Of a stretch of DNA of 62,837 bases, positions 36,121-45,597 are shown in pieces. Origin of the DNA: an uncultured bacterium. GTDB taxonomy: Bacteria > Patescibacteriota > Patescibacteriia > UBA1558 > GWA2-36-10. Numbering within the stretch: the first letter of the stretch is position 1; each line of letters starts with the position of its first letter. The DNA lies in the NCBI GenBank assembly GCA_903855135.1, contig CAINYB010000022.1:1-62837 (forward strand). The letters are read 5' to 3'. The position numbers and the translations under genes were made by a program. The notes beneath the pieces are model-generated. The model saw only the letters and a list, made by a program, of their open reading frames with translations, made no database searches and was not told where the DNA came from.

Positions 36121-37470
36121 TCATTGCGCATCAAGTAGTTTACGTAACTCCTTTTGCGTTAGATGTGGTTGTTCAACAACAAGGCTCTGTAGGCGCTGAA
36201 TGCCCCCAACGTAGGCACTAACCTGATAAAACATGTGGTCACTGAAGAAAACGACTCCAGGATGCACATAGGTGGTATCCTGAGTGAATCCATGGAAGTA
36301 GAAATCTCCAAAAGGAACACCAGAGTAGTAGACTAGGTAAGCATCAGGTGTTATGGGAGCTCCTGATTCTGCTTGTGTCACCGGTGACCAACTCAAATGT
36401 ACGTCCATGTTGTTTGAGTCAATCAACAAACTATCAACTGGCAATGGCGTTTCTCCACCATATCTACGATAATGCCAATCACTTAAACCAACGTAACCAT
36501 TATCATTAGTCTGGATGACTTGTTTCGTATAATCACCTTCAATACGCCATATTTCATTGCCTCCCTCGTCCGTTTTCATCAAACCTATCGGGCCCTCTCC
36601 AGCTATTGTAATGATGTACCCGCCATCAGATGTCTGTTGAAAATTGTTTGGAGAGTTAGAATATAACCATGAATAAGTTTTTGTCCATAAACTATCTCCA
36701 TTTTGATCAGTTTTTATGAACCAGATATCAATAAAGTCCACTGGAATTGGATCATCTATATATCTCGCTCCAATTATGGCGTAACCACCATCTAATGTTT
36801 GTCTGACGCCACGTCCAGATGCAAATCTATGAGGACCAAAAGTATTAGTCCAGATTAAAGACCCCTCATTATCTATTTTTGAAAGAAATGCAAAACCATT
36901 TTCATAATCTCCCATTGTGCCAGTTACAATATAACATCCATCATGTGTCTGCTGTACTGAACTGCTATTTCTATCCAATCCAGTAAATGATTGTGTCCAT
37001 AGAGTATCACCGATATCGGTTGTTTTAACAATATAATTAATTCTATACCAATCAATATCTACAGTTGCTGTCATTATATAACCGCCATCGAATGTCTCTT
37101 GAATAAAGTGGCCATAAGACTCTGCACCAATATACAAATCTCTCGTCCAGAGCGTATCTCCATTTTGAGTAATCTTCATAAGGAAGATATTATTTAATCT
37201 ACCACCCGTAATAATATAACCCCCGTCGGCGGTTTTGTTTAAACAGCGACAGTCTCCACCGTATGTTCCTTTAGACCATAAGGTGTTTCCTTGCGAATCT
37301 GTTTTCATCAACCAATCTGCTCCGAGAAGCAGATACCCGCCATCAGATGTTTGTTGAACATCTCTGCCATTTTCAATGTCCTTAACCCAAAGCAAATTTG
37401 GACCTTGAGCCAAAGTCTGTGTTGCAAAGCTGATCAGCAACACAATGATGAGTGAATAGAGGTGCTTCAT
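36121..37470 (-). CDS. secreted beta-propeller-type repeat protein, GC-enriched
   Basis: 449 aa; signal peptide; about 8 repeats of Q.T.DGGYI..G....TD..G..LW; GGAGA SD; terminator GCGTCGTTCC-TTCG-GGGACGACGC. Confidence 0.6.
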   Translation of the reverse strand: MKHLYSLIIVLLISFATQTLAQGPNLLWVKDIENGRDVQQTSDGGYLLLGADWLMKTDSQGNTLWSKGTYGGDCRCLNKTADGGYIITGGRLNNIFLMKITQNGDTLWTRDLYIGAESYGHFIQETFDGGYIMTATVDIDWYRINYIVKTTDIGDTLWTQSFTGLDRNSSSVQQTHDGCYIVTGTMGDYENGFAFLSKIDNEGSLIWTNTFGPHRFASGRGVRQTLDGGYAIIGARYIDDPIPVDFIDIWFIKTDQNGDSLWTKTYSWLYSNSPNNFQQTSDGGYIITIAGEGPIGLMKTDEGGNEIWRIEGDYTKQVIQTNDNGYVGLSDWHYRRYGGETPLPVDSLLIDSNNMDVHLSWSPVTQAESGAPITPDAYLVYYSGVPFGDFYFHGFTQDTTYVHPGVVFFSDHMFYQVSAYVGGIQRLQSLVVEQPHLTQKELRKLLDAQ

Positions 37471-37518
37471 CGATCTTCTCCATTTGTTGTTGAATTGTGA
37501 GGTACGAAATCAATAATA

Positions 37519-37547
37519 AAACTAACGTAAATTATGTTTATTGTCAA
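37519..37547 (-). promoter_or_regulatory. sigma70-like promoter TTGACA-17-TAGTTT (minus strand)
   Basis: Read directly upstream of ORF 36121..37470. Confidence 0.5.
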
Positions 37548-37612
37548 TCTAAATCATTTCTATTCCCATTTGGGATTAAATAAAAAAACCGCTAAGATTA
37601 GCGACTTTTTTA

Positions 37613-37688
37613 TGGGGTGTCTAGAGGGAATCGAACCCTCATTAGCGGTACCACAAACCGCTGTGTTAACCGTTACACCATAGACACC
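37613..37688 (-). tRNA. tRNA-His (anticodon GTG) with G-1, CCA encoded
   Basis: G-1 + acceptor GTGTCTA/TAGACAC, anticodon stem GCGGT/ACCGC loop TTGTGGT, T loop TTCGATT. Confidence 0.9.
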
Positions 37689-37733
37689 ATGTAAAAAAAT
37701 TATGGCCTGCCAAGCCGAAGCTTGAACGAAGGC

Positions 37734-37809
37734 TGGTGCCCCCACCAGGACTCGAACCTGGGACCGTTTGCTTAAGAGGCAACTGCTCTACCAACTGAGC
37801 TATAAGGGC
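37734..37809 (-). tRNA. tRNA-Lys (anticodon CTT), CCA encoded
   Basis: Acceptor GCCCTTA/TGGGGGC, D arm GCTC..GAGC, anticodon loop CTCTTAA, T arm CCAGG-TTCGAGT-CCTGG. Confidence 0.9.
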
Positions 37810-37979
37810 AAGATAAAACTATTTTTTCCTAACTGCTTGTCCCGAGCGAAGTCGAGGGAAGCTATAAGGGCAAGATAAAACTATTTTTTCCTAACTGCTT
37901 GTCCTGTCTTCGACTCTGAGGTCTAGCGACATCGTCGCTCAGACTCGAAGAGAGCGAAGTCGAGGGAAGCTATAAGGGC
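37798..37979. repeat. tandem repeat seeded by the 5' end of tRNA-Lys (2 full units + partial)
   Basis: 45-nt AGCTATAAGGGCAAGATAAAACTATTTTTTCCTAACTGCTTGTCC at 37798 and 37860 (identical), 12-nt AGCTATAAGGGC again at 37968; second unit carries a 47-nt hairpin insert 37905-37951. Confidence 0.8.
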
Positions 37980-38008
37980 TAATAGATAATATATTTTTAA
38001 TGAAATGA

Positions 38009-38083
38009 TGGTGCCCCCAGCAGGAATCGAACCTGCATCTACAGCTTAGAAGGCTGCTGTTCTATCCGTTGAACTATAGGGAC
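38009..38083 (-). tRNA. tRNA-Arg (anticodon TCT), CCA encoded
   Basis: Acceptor GTCCCTA/TGGGGGC, anticodon stem GCAGC/GCTGT loop CTTCTAA, T loop TTCGATT. Confidence 0.9.
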
Positions 38084-38185
38084 ATAAAATACGGTTTAAA
38101 CACGGACTAGTATAACAATAAAGTCTATTTTGGTCAATGTCAACGCCTCTTTACCAAAATAGGCCTTTTTGATTATAATAGCCTT

Positions 38186-39868
38186 ATGTTAAGTCTCGCT
38201 ACTATCACTATCTTAGCTTGGGCAAAAATCATTGGTTTTGCCTTTGTTTTTCTAGGTCTTTATTTTATTTGGACTAAAAAGTCAGTTAATTATTGGGTAT
38301 ATAGCACAGCTTTGGTTATTATCTTGTTTTTTTGGGTTTTTTCTAAGCCCTTGCAAACTATGTTTTGGGGCAATGTCGGTGATGAGCTTTTGATTTTGGC
38401 TTATTTGTCTAAGACTTTATTAGGTAATTTAAGCCATGATTTTTACTATGACTGGTTGCCACAGTTTTATCCGCCACTATATTTTTGGCTAGCTGGTATT
38501 TTTGCTAAGCCATTTGCTGTGAATGCTATTGGTGCTGCTAAAGTAGGTGTGCTCGGTACTTTACTAGTTTGGCTACTAGGCGCTTATTATTACCAAAAGC
38601 TTTGGTGGCAAAAAATTTATCAAAATAAATTTGAATTTAAACAAATTATAGAAAATAATTGGTTTTGGTTTTTATTTCCAGCACTTTATTTTCTTAGTTT
38701 AGATTTTGCTAACATTATTTTTAAACCTTACGAAGCAATCTCGGCTTTATTCGGTGTGATGTTGCTATCTTTTTTTGCTCGCGCACTTTGGCAAAAAAAT
38801 TGGCCAAATAAATATTATTTATTTTTTGGTATCAGTGCTGGTTTGGTATTTTTAACTTTTTATTTTTGGTTTGCAATTTTGATTCCGGCTGTCTTATTGA
38901 TAATTATTTTGAATAACTATTCCGCCTTCGGCGGAATAAGACTCGGGGTAAATTTAAAAAGAATATTTAAAATATTTTTAGTATTTTTGCCACTCGCTTT
39001 AGTTTTTGTTGGTCCATTGGTTTGGTCATATTTTAAATACGGGATAGAAAACGGGCAGGCGACTCATTTTGTAGCAGAAGATTTCTTTAGTTTTTTGCCT
39101 TGGCAAAATTTTAGCTTGCAAAGCTTATTATTTTTACTAGGCCTCGCTAGTTTATTTTTATTTTATAAAAAATCAGCTATTAAAAGCATGGCTTGGGTGC
39201 TGATTTTCAGCTTTGCTTATCAGATTTTTAACTTAATTTTATTTATTAGTGGTTTTAAGCCCATACAAGCTTCTAAGCCATTTTATTTTTTAGCCACAGC
39301 AGCTTTGAGTTTTTCCGCTACTTATTTATTAGTTCATTTTTATCAAAAATATAAAGCTATAAAATATAGCAAAGCTATTTTAAGTCTAGTATTTATTTTG
39401 TTGAGTGGACTTTTGCCACATTTTAGCTTTATCGAAAAGCCAGAAGTTTTAAGGCAAATAGAAGCTGATTTAGTCAGGCCAAAAATCGCTAGTTTAGCTA
39501 AAGATTTAAAAGAGGTGGTGCCAGATTATCAAAATTACACTTGGCTATCTTCTGGCTCGTCAGAGCTAAATGCTTATTTGCCTTTATCTTATTATCTAGC
39601 AAACTCTATACATTTTAGTCATCATGCTGCTTTGTTTAGTGAGCGTTTGACTAAGCTAAAAAATCAAGAATTAAACCCAGAAATAAATGCTTTATTATTG
39701 TATGATGATGGTCTAAATAAAGATAATTATATTTTAAATTTTTGGGTAGATAATTATCCAAATGGTGGTAAAGATGAACAAGTTTATTTAGCGAAAAGTT
39801 TGATTATTGATTCAGAGTGGAGTTTGGTGTATATTAAAAATAAGTGGTTAATTTTTTTAAGAAAATAA
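38186..39868 (+). CDS. large polytopic membrane protein, possibly a GT-C type glycosyltransferase
   Basis: 560 aa, more than 10 TM helices plus C-terminal soluble domain; family not recognised with confidence. Confidence 0.45.
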   Translation: MLSLATITILAWAKIIGFAFVFLGLYFIWTKKSVNYWVYSTALVIILFFWVFSKPLQTMFWGNVGDELLILAYLSKTLLGNLSHDFYYDWLPQFYPPLYFWLAGIFAKPFAVNAIGAAKVGVLGTLLVWLLGAYYYQKLWWQKIYQNKFEFKQIIENNWFWFLFPALYFLSLDFANIIFKPYEAISALFGVMLLSFFARALWQKNWPNKYYLFFGISAGLVFLTFYFWFAILIPAVLLIIILNNYSAFGGIRLGVNLKRIFKIFLVFLPLALVFVGPLVWSYFKYGIENGQATHFVAEDFFSFLPWQNFSLQSLLFLLGLASLFLFYKKSAIKSMAWVLIFSFAYQIFNLILFISGFKPIQASKPFYFLATAALSFSATYLLVHFYQKYKAIKYSKAILSLVFILLSGLLPHFSFIEKPEVLRQIEADLVRPKIASLAKDLKEVVPDYQNYTWLSSGSSELNAYLPLSYYLANSIHFSHHAALFSERLTKLKNQELNPEINALLLYDDGLNKDNYILNFWVDNYPNGGKDEQVYLAKSLIIDSEWSLVYIKNKWLIFLRK

Positions 39869-39875
39869 AAATTTT

Positions 39876-40637
39876 ATGTTAGTTAATATCATTTTAGCGA
39901 CGGTTTTAGTTAGTTTAGTTTCTTTGCTTGGTATTTTGTTAATTTTTAATCGCCCAGTAAAAGAAAAATTTTTACGAATTTTAATCAGTATTTCAGCCGG
40001 TAGTTTATTAAGTGTAGTTTTTTTGGATTTATTACCAGAGGCGATAGAGGCCGAGCTTTATGAACCACATTTAATTTTTGGTGTGGTCTTGGCGAGTATT
40101 CTTTTTTTCTTTTTATTTGAAAAAGTTCTACACTGGCATCATTGTCGTTGTGAATATCATCACGAAGAATCAAATCCTAAAAAACATTTGGCTTATATTA
40201 ATTTAATAGGGGATTTAGTTCATAATATTGTTGATGGTTTCTTGATTGCCGCTTCTTTTATGTTAGATTTTCAGACTGGTTTAGTAGTGACGACAGCTGT
40301 TATTTTGCATGAAATTCCTCAAGAGGTTTCTGATTTTGGTGTTTTACTTTATGCGGGCTTGAGTAAAACCAAGGCATTGCTAGCAAATTTATCAGTGGCT
40401 TTAAGTGCAGTTTTGGGAGCAGTGGTTTTTTATTTTTTTGGGCAAAGTTTTGAAACAGCTGTGCCTTTGATGGTAGCTTTTGCGGCTGGTAATTTTATCT
40501 ACTTGTCAATGTCTGATTTAATACCAGAATTACATCATGAAAAAAATCCCAAAGAGATTTTCAAAAATTCTTTATGGCTTCTAGTTGGTGTCTTATTGGT
40601 TTATAGCTTGATTCAAATTTTACCACACGCTCACTAA
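39876..40637 (+). CDS. zupT: ZIP family divalent metal transporter
   Basis: 253 aa; HNIVDGF and HEIPQEVSDFGVL signatures. Confidence 0.8.
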   Translation: MLVNIILATVLVSLVSLLGILLIFNRPVKEKFLRILISISAGSLLSVVFLDLLPEAIEAELYEPHLIFGVVLASILFFFLFEKVLHWHHCRCEYHHEESNPKKHLAYINLIGDLVHNIVDGFLIAASFMLDFQTGLVVTTAVILHEIPQEVSDFGVLLYAGLSKTKALLANLSVALSAVLGAVVFYFFGQSFETAVPLMVAFAAGNFIYLSMSDLIPELHHEKNPKEIFKNSLWLLVGVLLVYSLIQILPHAH

Positions 40638-40709
40638 GATAAAAAAGATCGCCAAGTAGGCGATTTTTTGTTATACTAAATTTAGTAAAATATAATTAAA
40701 GAAAAATTT

Positions 40710-41018
40710 ATGAAATTTAAAAAAATGCCTTTGCCACTAGTCGCTTTTTTTCAGGCGCTATTGATTTCTCTATATTGTTTTGCGGTGGTAAACTTTATTA
40801 ACTGGGTAGATAAAACAAATTTTGGTGAAAATCTTTATGGTCCTTTAGTGATGTTGTCTTTATTAGTTTTTTCAGCAGCTTTGTGTGGTTTCTTGTTTTT
40901 TGGCTATGCTATTTATTTATTATTAGAAAAAGAAATAAAAAAAGCCTTAGTATTATTAGGCTACACTTTTTTATTTTTACTTTTATTTATTTTACTAGCT
41001 TTTTTAATGATCGTATAA
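40710..41018 (+). CDS. small membrane protein
   Basis: 102 aa, 3 TM helices. Confidence 0.4.
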   Translation: MKFKKMPLPLVAFFQALLISLYCFAVVNFINWVDKTNFGENLYGPLVMLSLLVFSAALCGFLFFGYAIYLLLEKEIKKALVLLGYTFLFLLLFILLAFLMIV

Positions 41019-41022
41019 TTTT

Positions 41023-41505
41023 ATGAAATGCAAAATTAAATCTTGGCCAAAACTATTATTCAGTTTATTTATTACCCAGGCAGCTGGTGGTATAGGCTCT
41101 ATTTTTACCACCCCTAAAATTGATACTTGGTATGAAACTTTAAACAAGCCTTTTTTTCAGCCACCAAATTGGCTTTTTGGTCCAGTTTGGACATTATTAT
41201 TTTTATTGATGGGAATTAGCTTGTACCTTATTTGGACTGGCAGCTGGCATCATAAGCTTAAAGAAGAAGCTTTATTAATTTTTATTGCTCAGCTAGTCTT
41301 AAATGTTTTTTGGTCAATTATTTTTTTTGGTTTTCAAAATCCAAGCCTAGCCTTTTTAGAGATTTTAGTCTTGTGGACCAGTATTTTGTTTACGATTTTA
41401 TATTTTGTTAAGCTGAATAAAACAGCGGCTTATTTATTGGTGCCTTATATTTTCTGGGTGTCATTTGCTAGTGTGCTAAACTTTGCGATTTGGTATTTAA
41501 ACTAG
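41023..41505 (+). CDS. tspO: TspO/MBR tryptophan-rich sensory protein
   Basis: 160 aa; FQPPNWLFGPVWTLLF signature, 5 TM helices. Confidence 0.8.
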   Translation: MKCKIKSWPKLLFSLFITQAAGGIGSIFTTPKIDTWYETLNKPFFQPPNWLFGPVWTLLFLLMGISLYLIWTGSWHHKLKEEALLIFIAQLVLNVFWSIIFFGFQNPSLAFLEILVLWTSILFTILYFVKLNKTAAYLLVPYIFWVSFASVLNFAIWYLN

Positions 41506-41540
41506 AGGAGAGTTTTACTTTTTTAATTTAATATGTTAGT

Positions 41541-41565
41541 ATACCTATACCTATGGTATAGGTAT
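41541..41565. promoter_or_regulatory. perfect 11-3-11 palindrome, candidate CsoR operator
   Basis: ATACCTATACC-TAT-GGTATAGGTAT, 20 nt upstream of the csoR-like start. Confidence 0.5.
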
Positions 41566-41584
41566 TTAATTTTAATTTAATTTT

Positions 41585-41854
41585 ATGGATAAACAAAACA
41601 AAAGTTTGAGTGCTTTAAAAAAAGCCCAGAGTTTACTTGCTAAAATTATTGAGATGAAAGAGGATAATAAATATTGTATAGATATTATGCAACAAAATCT
41701 GGCGGTGATTGGACTTTTAAAGTCAGCTAACCAAGAATTATTAGCTGATCATTTGAATAGCTGTTTTAAAGCGGTGATGAATTCAAATAATACTGCTAAA
41801 CAAAAACAAATGATTGAAGAAATTTTGCAATTAAATAAATTATCTTTAAAATAA
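41585..41854 (+). CDS. csoR: CsoR/RcnR family metal-sensing repressor
   Basis: 89 aa; C..(x)..H...C pattern (YCIDI...DHLNSC) of DUF156 repressors. Confidence 0.75.
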   Translation: MDKQNKSLSALKKAQSLLAKIIEMKEDNKYCIDIMQQNLAVIGLLKSANQELLADHLNSCFKAVMNSNNTAKQKQMIEEILQLNKLSLK

Positions 41855-41855
41855 A

Positions 41856-43187
41856 ATGTCAGAAGTAAAAAATAAAAAAATATATTTATCAGGACTTACT
41901 TGCGTGGCTTGTGAAAATATCATCAAAGAAGAAACAGAAACTGTGCCTGGTATTATCAGCGTCCAAGCTTCTGCGAAAACACAAACAGCAGAGATCATGT
42001 ATGAAGGCGACTTAGCTTGGCCAGAGATTAAACAAACTATTGAAAAATTAGGCTATCAGGCTACTTTAAAAACAGAGGATTTAAAGCCAAAAAAGAAAGC
42101 TAGCCCAGAGCAATGGCTTTATGCGTTTTTAATAGTACTTGGTTTATATTTAGTTTATCGTTATTTACGGTGGATCGGCTTATTAGACGGGCTCAAAATA
42201 GACGCCAATACGATAAATCAAGGCTCGGCTTTTTTTATCGGCGTCGTTGCTTCTATGTCTAGCTGTTTAGTAGTGGTGGGAGCAGTAGTTTTATCTTTTG
42301 GAGCTAAATATAAAAGTCAAAATAGTAGCTTTTTAGCTCAAAGCAAACCGCACCTGCTATTTCATCTCGGTCGACTAATTACTTTTGCTTTAGGGGGCGG
42401 AATTTTAGGTCTAGTAGGCTCTTGGTTTAGCTTGTCTGGCTCTTGGTTTACTTATCTTACTATTATCGTTGCTTTGATTTTGTTGAGCTTAGCTTTAAAT
42501 ATTTTAGACCTGATGCCGTCTTTGACAAAATTTGGTTTTCATTTACCAAAATCGAGTTTAAAGTTTTGGGAAAAACTAAAAAATTCTAATCATCAACTAG
42601 CACCTTTGCTTTTAGGTTTTGTGACTTTCTTTTTACCTTGTGGTTTTACGCAGAGTATGCAAATTTTTGCTTTAGCACAAGCAAATTTTAGCTTAGGAGC
42701 TATGACTTTATTTTTATTTGCCCTAGGCACGATGCCGGTTTTATTTATCTTAGGTTTGTCTAGTACGAAGATAAAAAATTTGAAAAATATAGTGCTAGAA
42801 AAAGCTTTGGGCTTAATAATTTTGCTTTTTGCTCTTTATACACTCTTAGCCGGGCTTTCACATTATGGTTTAGGCTTGCCATTTTTTTATAAAAATCGAA
42901 ATCAAGCTATAGTCTATCAAGATAATATACAGACTATCAGCATGGCTGTAACTTATCAGGGTTTTGAACCAAATGTTTTTAGGCTAAAAAAAGATGTGCC
43001 TGTTAAGTGGCTTATTGATGGCCAGAAAATTTCTGGTTGCACCAATCAAATCATTGTGCCGGATTTAAATATTAAAAAAGATTTAGTAGCTGGCGAAAAT
43101 ATAATTGAATTTACTCCGACTAAAGCTGGTAAAATAAATTTTTCTTGCTGGATGGGTATGGTAAGGGGACAATTTATTGTTGAATAA
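41856..43187 (+). CDS. HMA domain + TauE/SafE-like membrane domain + C-terminal cupredoxin-like domain protein
   Basis: 443 aa; GLTCVACE metal-binding motif, 6-7 TM helices, C-terminal SGCTNQI...FSCWMGM. Confidence 0.65.
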   Translation: MSEVKNKKIYLSGLTCVACENIIKEETETVPGIISVQASAKTQTAEIMYEGDLAWPEIKQTIEKLGYQATLKTEDLKPKKKASPEQWLYAFLIVLGLYLVYRYLRWIGLLDGLKIDANTINQGSAFFIGVVASMSSCLVVVGAVVLSFGAKYKSQNSSFLAQSKPHLLFHLGRLITFALGGGILGLVGSWFSLSGSWFTYLTIIVALILLSLALNILDLMPSLTKFGFHLPKSSLKFWEKLKNSNHQLAPLLLGFVTFFLPCGFTQSMQIFALAQANFSLGAMTLFLFALGTMPVLFILGLSSTKIKNLKNIVLEKALGLIILLFALYTLLAGLSHYGLGLPFFYKNRNQAIVYQDNIQTISMAVTYQGFEPNVFRLKKDVPVKWLIDGQKISGCTNQIIVPDLNIKKDLVAGENIIEFTPTKAGKINFSCWMGMVRGQFIVE

Positions 43188-43207
43188 AGTGTATTTAAGT
43201 AAATTAT

Positions 43208-45454
43208 ATGCAAGAAGTAAATATAAAAATTGCTGGCATGCACTGTGCCTCATGTGCACATACTATTGAAAAAAAATTTCAAAAAACAGCTGGCGTTCAG
43301 AAAGTAGCTGTTAATTATGCTACGGAAAAAGCCAAAATTGTTTTTGATGAAAATAAAACTAATCTAGAATTTTTATCAGCGCAAATCAAGCCTTTAGGCT
43401 ATAGTTTATTAATAGATAAAAAGTCAGAGAATAAAACTCAAGATAAATACGCAGCTATTTCAGCTATGAAAATAAAATTATTAACAGCTCTGCCTTTGGC
43501 AGCTTTTAGTATTTTTGTCATGACTTGGGATATTTTAGCAGAGTGGCAAAAAGTGCCAGAGATGTCTGAGTTTTGGTTTGAATTTTTTCATCACTTGCTG
43601 CCAATTTTTGCTACTTATGTTTTATTTATCGTTGGCCAGCCATACTTATTGGGTGTCTATCGTTTCTTACGTTTTGGCAAGGCCAATATGGATACTTTGA
43701 TTGGCTTGGGCACACTATCTGCTTTTTTATATAGCTTTGTAGTGACGGCTTTTGAAACATCTCTAGCTCCATATTTAAATGTGAACCAAACTTATTACGA
43801 CATCACTATCGTAGTCATTACTTTTATTGCTTTAGGTAAATATTTAGAAGCCAGATCAAAAATAAAAACTGGCGATGCTGTTGCCAAGCTTTTAAATCTA
43901 CAAGCTAAAACTGCTTTAGTATTGCGAGACAACAAAGAAATAGAAATAGCCATTGACCAAGTATTGCATGACGAAATAATCATCATTAAGCCAGGAACAA
44001 AAATACCAGTCGATGGCCTGATTATAGAAGGATCTTCATATTTAGATGAATCAATGGTGACTGGGGAGCCAATGCCAGTCAAAAAATCTAGTGGAGATTT
44101 AGTGATCGCTGGTACGTTGAATACAACTAGCGCCTTTACTTTTAAAGCTACTAAAATTGGCGCAGAAACCTTACTTGCACAAATCATCCAAATGGTAGAA
44201 GAGGCTCAAGGAAGCAAAGCACCGATTCAAACAATGGCTGATAAAATTTCTGCTGTTTTTGTGCCAATAGTTTTAGTTTTAGCTTTTGTGACTTTAGGCG
44301 CTTGGCTTTTGATAGGAGTTAATTATTTTAGCTTTGCCCAAAGTTTATCTTATGGCTTAGTTTCTTTTGTCAGTATTTTAGTGATTGCTTGCCCTTGTGC
44401 TTTGGGCTTGGCTACGCCAACTGCTATTATCGTGGGAGTAGGTAAAGGTGCACGTGAAGGTATTTTAGTCAAAGATGCAGCCACGCTAGAAAAACTACAT
44501 AAAGTAAATACAGTCGTGGTAGATAAAACTGGAACATTGACTTATGGCAAGCCAGCTTTAGTAAATTTTAAAAATTTTTCTAGCCAAAGTGATGATGAAC
44601 TATTAAGCATTTTAGCGAGCTTAGAAAATAAATCAGAGCATCCATTAGCTCAAGCTATTCTCACAGCGACTAAAGAAAAAAATATTAGTTTTGAGTTAGT
44701 TGAGGATTTCGAAACTATAAAAGGTCAGGGTTTAAGAGGTCTAATTAATAAAATAGAATATTTTGCGGGTAATGTGAAATTAATTCAAGATTTAAAAATA
44801 TTTTTTGACATAGCTTTAATTGAAGCAGAAACATTGCAAGGTAAAACACCGATTATACTAGCTACTAAAGAAAAAGTTTTGGCGATTTTTATGGTCGCCG
44901 ATCAGATTAAACCAGAAGCAATGGAGGCTATCAAAAATTTACATAAATTAGGCATCAAAGTTGTAATGCTCACAGGGGATAATAAAAACACCGCTAATTT
45001 TATAGCTCAACAATTAAATATTGACGAAGTAGTAGCAGAAGTTTTACCACAAGACAAGCTAGCTAAAATAAAAGTTTTGCAAGCAGAAGAAAAAATAGTG
45101 GCGATGGCTGGTGATGGTGTCAATGATGCGCCAGCTTTAGCTCAAGCAGAAGTGGGAATAGCGATGGCGACTGGCACTGATGTGGCGATTGCTTCAGCTG
45201 GTATTACTTTATTACATGGCGATATTTCTAAACTAGTCAAAGCTATCAAGCTTTCTAAAATCACTATGCGAGGCATTAAACAAAATTTATTCTGGGCTTT
45301 TATTTATAACATTATTGGCATTCCTTTAGCGAGCGGTATATTTTTTCCATTTTTTGGTTGGCTTTTATCGCCAGTATTTGCTGGGCTGGCTATGGCCATG
45401 TCTAGTGTTTCAGTGATCAGTAATTCTTTAAGGTTAAAGTTAAAAAAACTGTAA
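43208..45454 (+). CDS. copA: copper-translocating P1B-type ATPase
   Basis: 748 aa; GMHCASC HMA motif, CPC in TM6, DKTGTLT, GDGVNDAP. Confidence 0.9.
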   Translation: MQEVNIKIAGMHCASCAHTIEKKFQKTAGVQKVAVNYATEKAKIVFDENKTNLEFLSAQIKPLGYSLLIDKKSENKTQDKYAAISAMKIKLLTALPLAAFSIFVMTWDILAEWQKVPEMSEFWFEFFHHLLPIFATYVLFIVGQPYLLGVYRFLRFGKANMDTLIGLGTLSAFLYSFVVTAFETSLAPYLNVNQTYYDITIVVITFIALGKYLEARSKIKTGDAVAKLLNLQAKTALVLRDNKEIEIAIDQVLHDEIIIIKPGTKIPVDGLIIEGSSYLDESMVTGEPMPVKKSSGDLVIAGTLNTTSAFTFKATKIGAETLLAQIIQMVEEAQGSKAPIQTMADKISAVFVPIVLVLAFVTLGAWLLIGVNYFSFAQSLSYGLVSFVSILVIACPCALGLATPTAIIVGVGKGAREGILVKDAATLEKLHKVNTVVVDKTGTLTYGKPALVNFKNFSSQSDDELLSILASLENKSEHPLAQAILTATKEKNISFELVEDFETIKGQGLRGLINKIEYFAGNVKLIQDLKIFFDIALIEAETLQGKTPIILATKEKVLAIFMVADQIKPEAMEAIKNLHKLGIKVVMLTGDNKNTANFIAQQLNIDEVVAEVLPQDKLAKIKVLQAEEKIVAMAGDGVNDAPALAQAEVGIAMATGTDVAIASAGITLLHGDISKLVKAIKLSKITMRGIKQNLFWAFIYNIIGIPLASGIFFPFFGWLLSPVFAGLAMAMSSVSVISNSLRLKLKKL

Positions 45455-45491
45455 CCCCCTCTAAATCTCTCCCTTCGTAAGGGGGAGACTA
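45455..45491 (+). terminator. terminator hairpin, second copy of the 37-nt repeat
   Basis: CCCCCTCTAAATCTCTCCCTTCGTAAGGGGGAGACTA directly after the copA stop. Confidence 0.6.
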
Positions 45492-45597
45492 CTCAAAACA
45501 ACTCCTCCTCGAATCCCCGCGAAAGCGGAGAAGGGGAGGACGGGAGGTTAATTATACTAAAACACCCCCGCAACGCGGGGGTGTTTTAAAAAAAACT

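Noticed and set aside
37798-37979. Possible CRISPR-like repeat array
   Set aside because: There are only 2.3 units, the repeat includes the tRNA-Lys 5' end and its upstream sequence, the 'spacers' are themselves repeated, and no cas genes are present.
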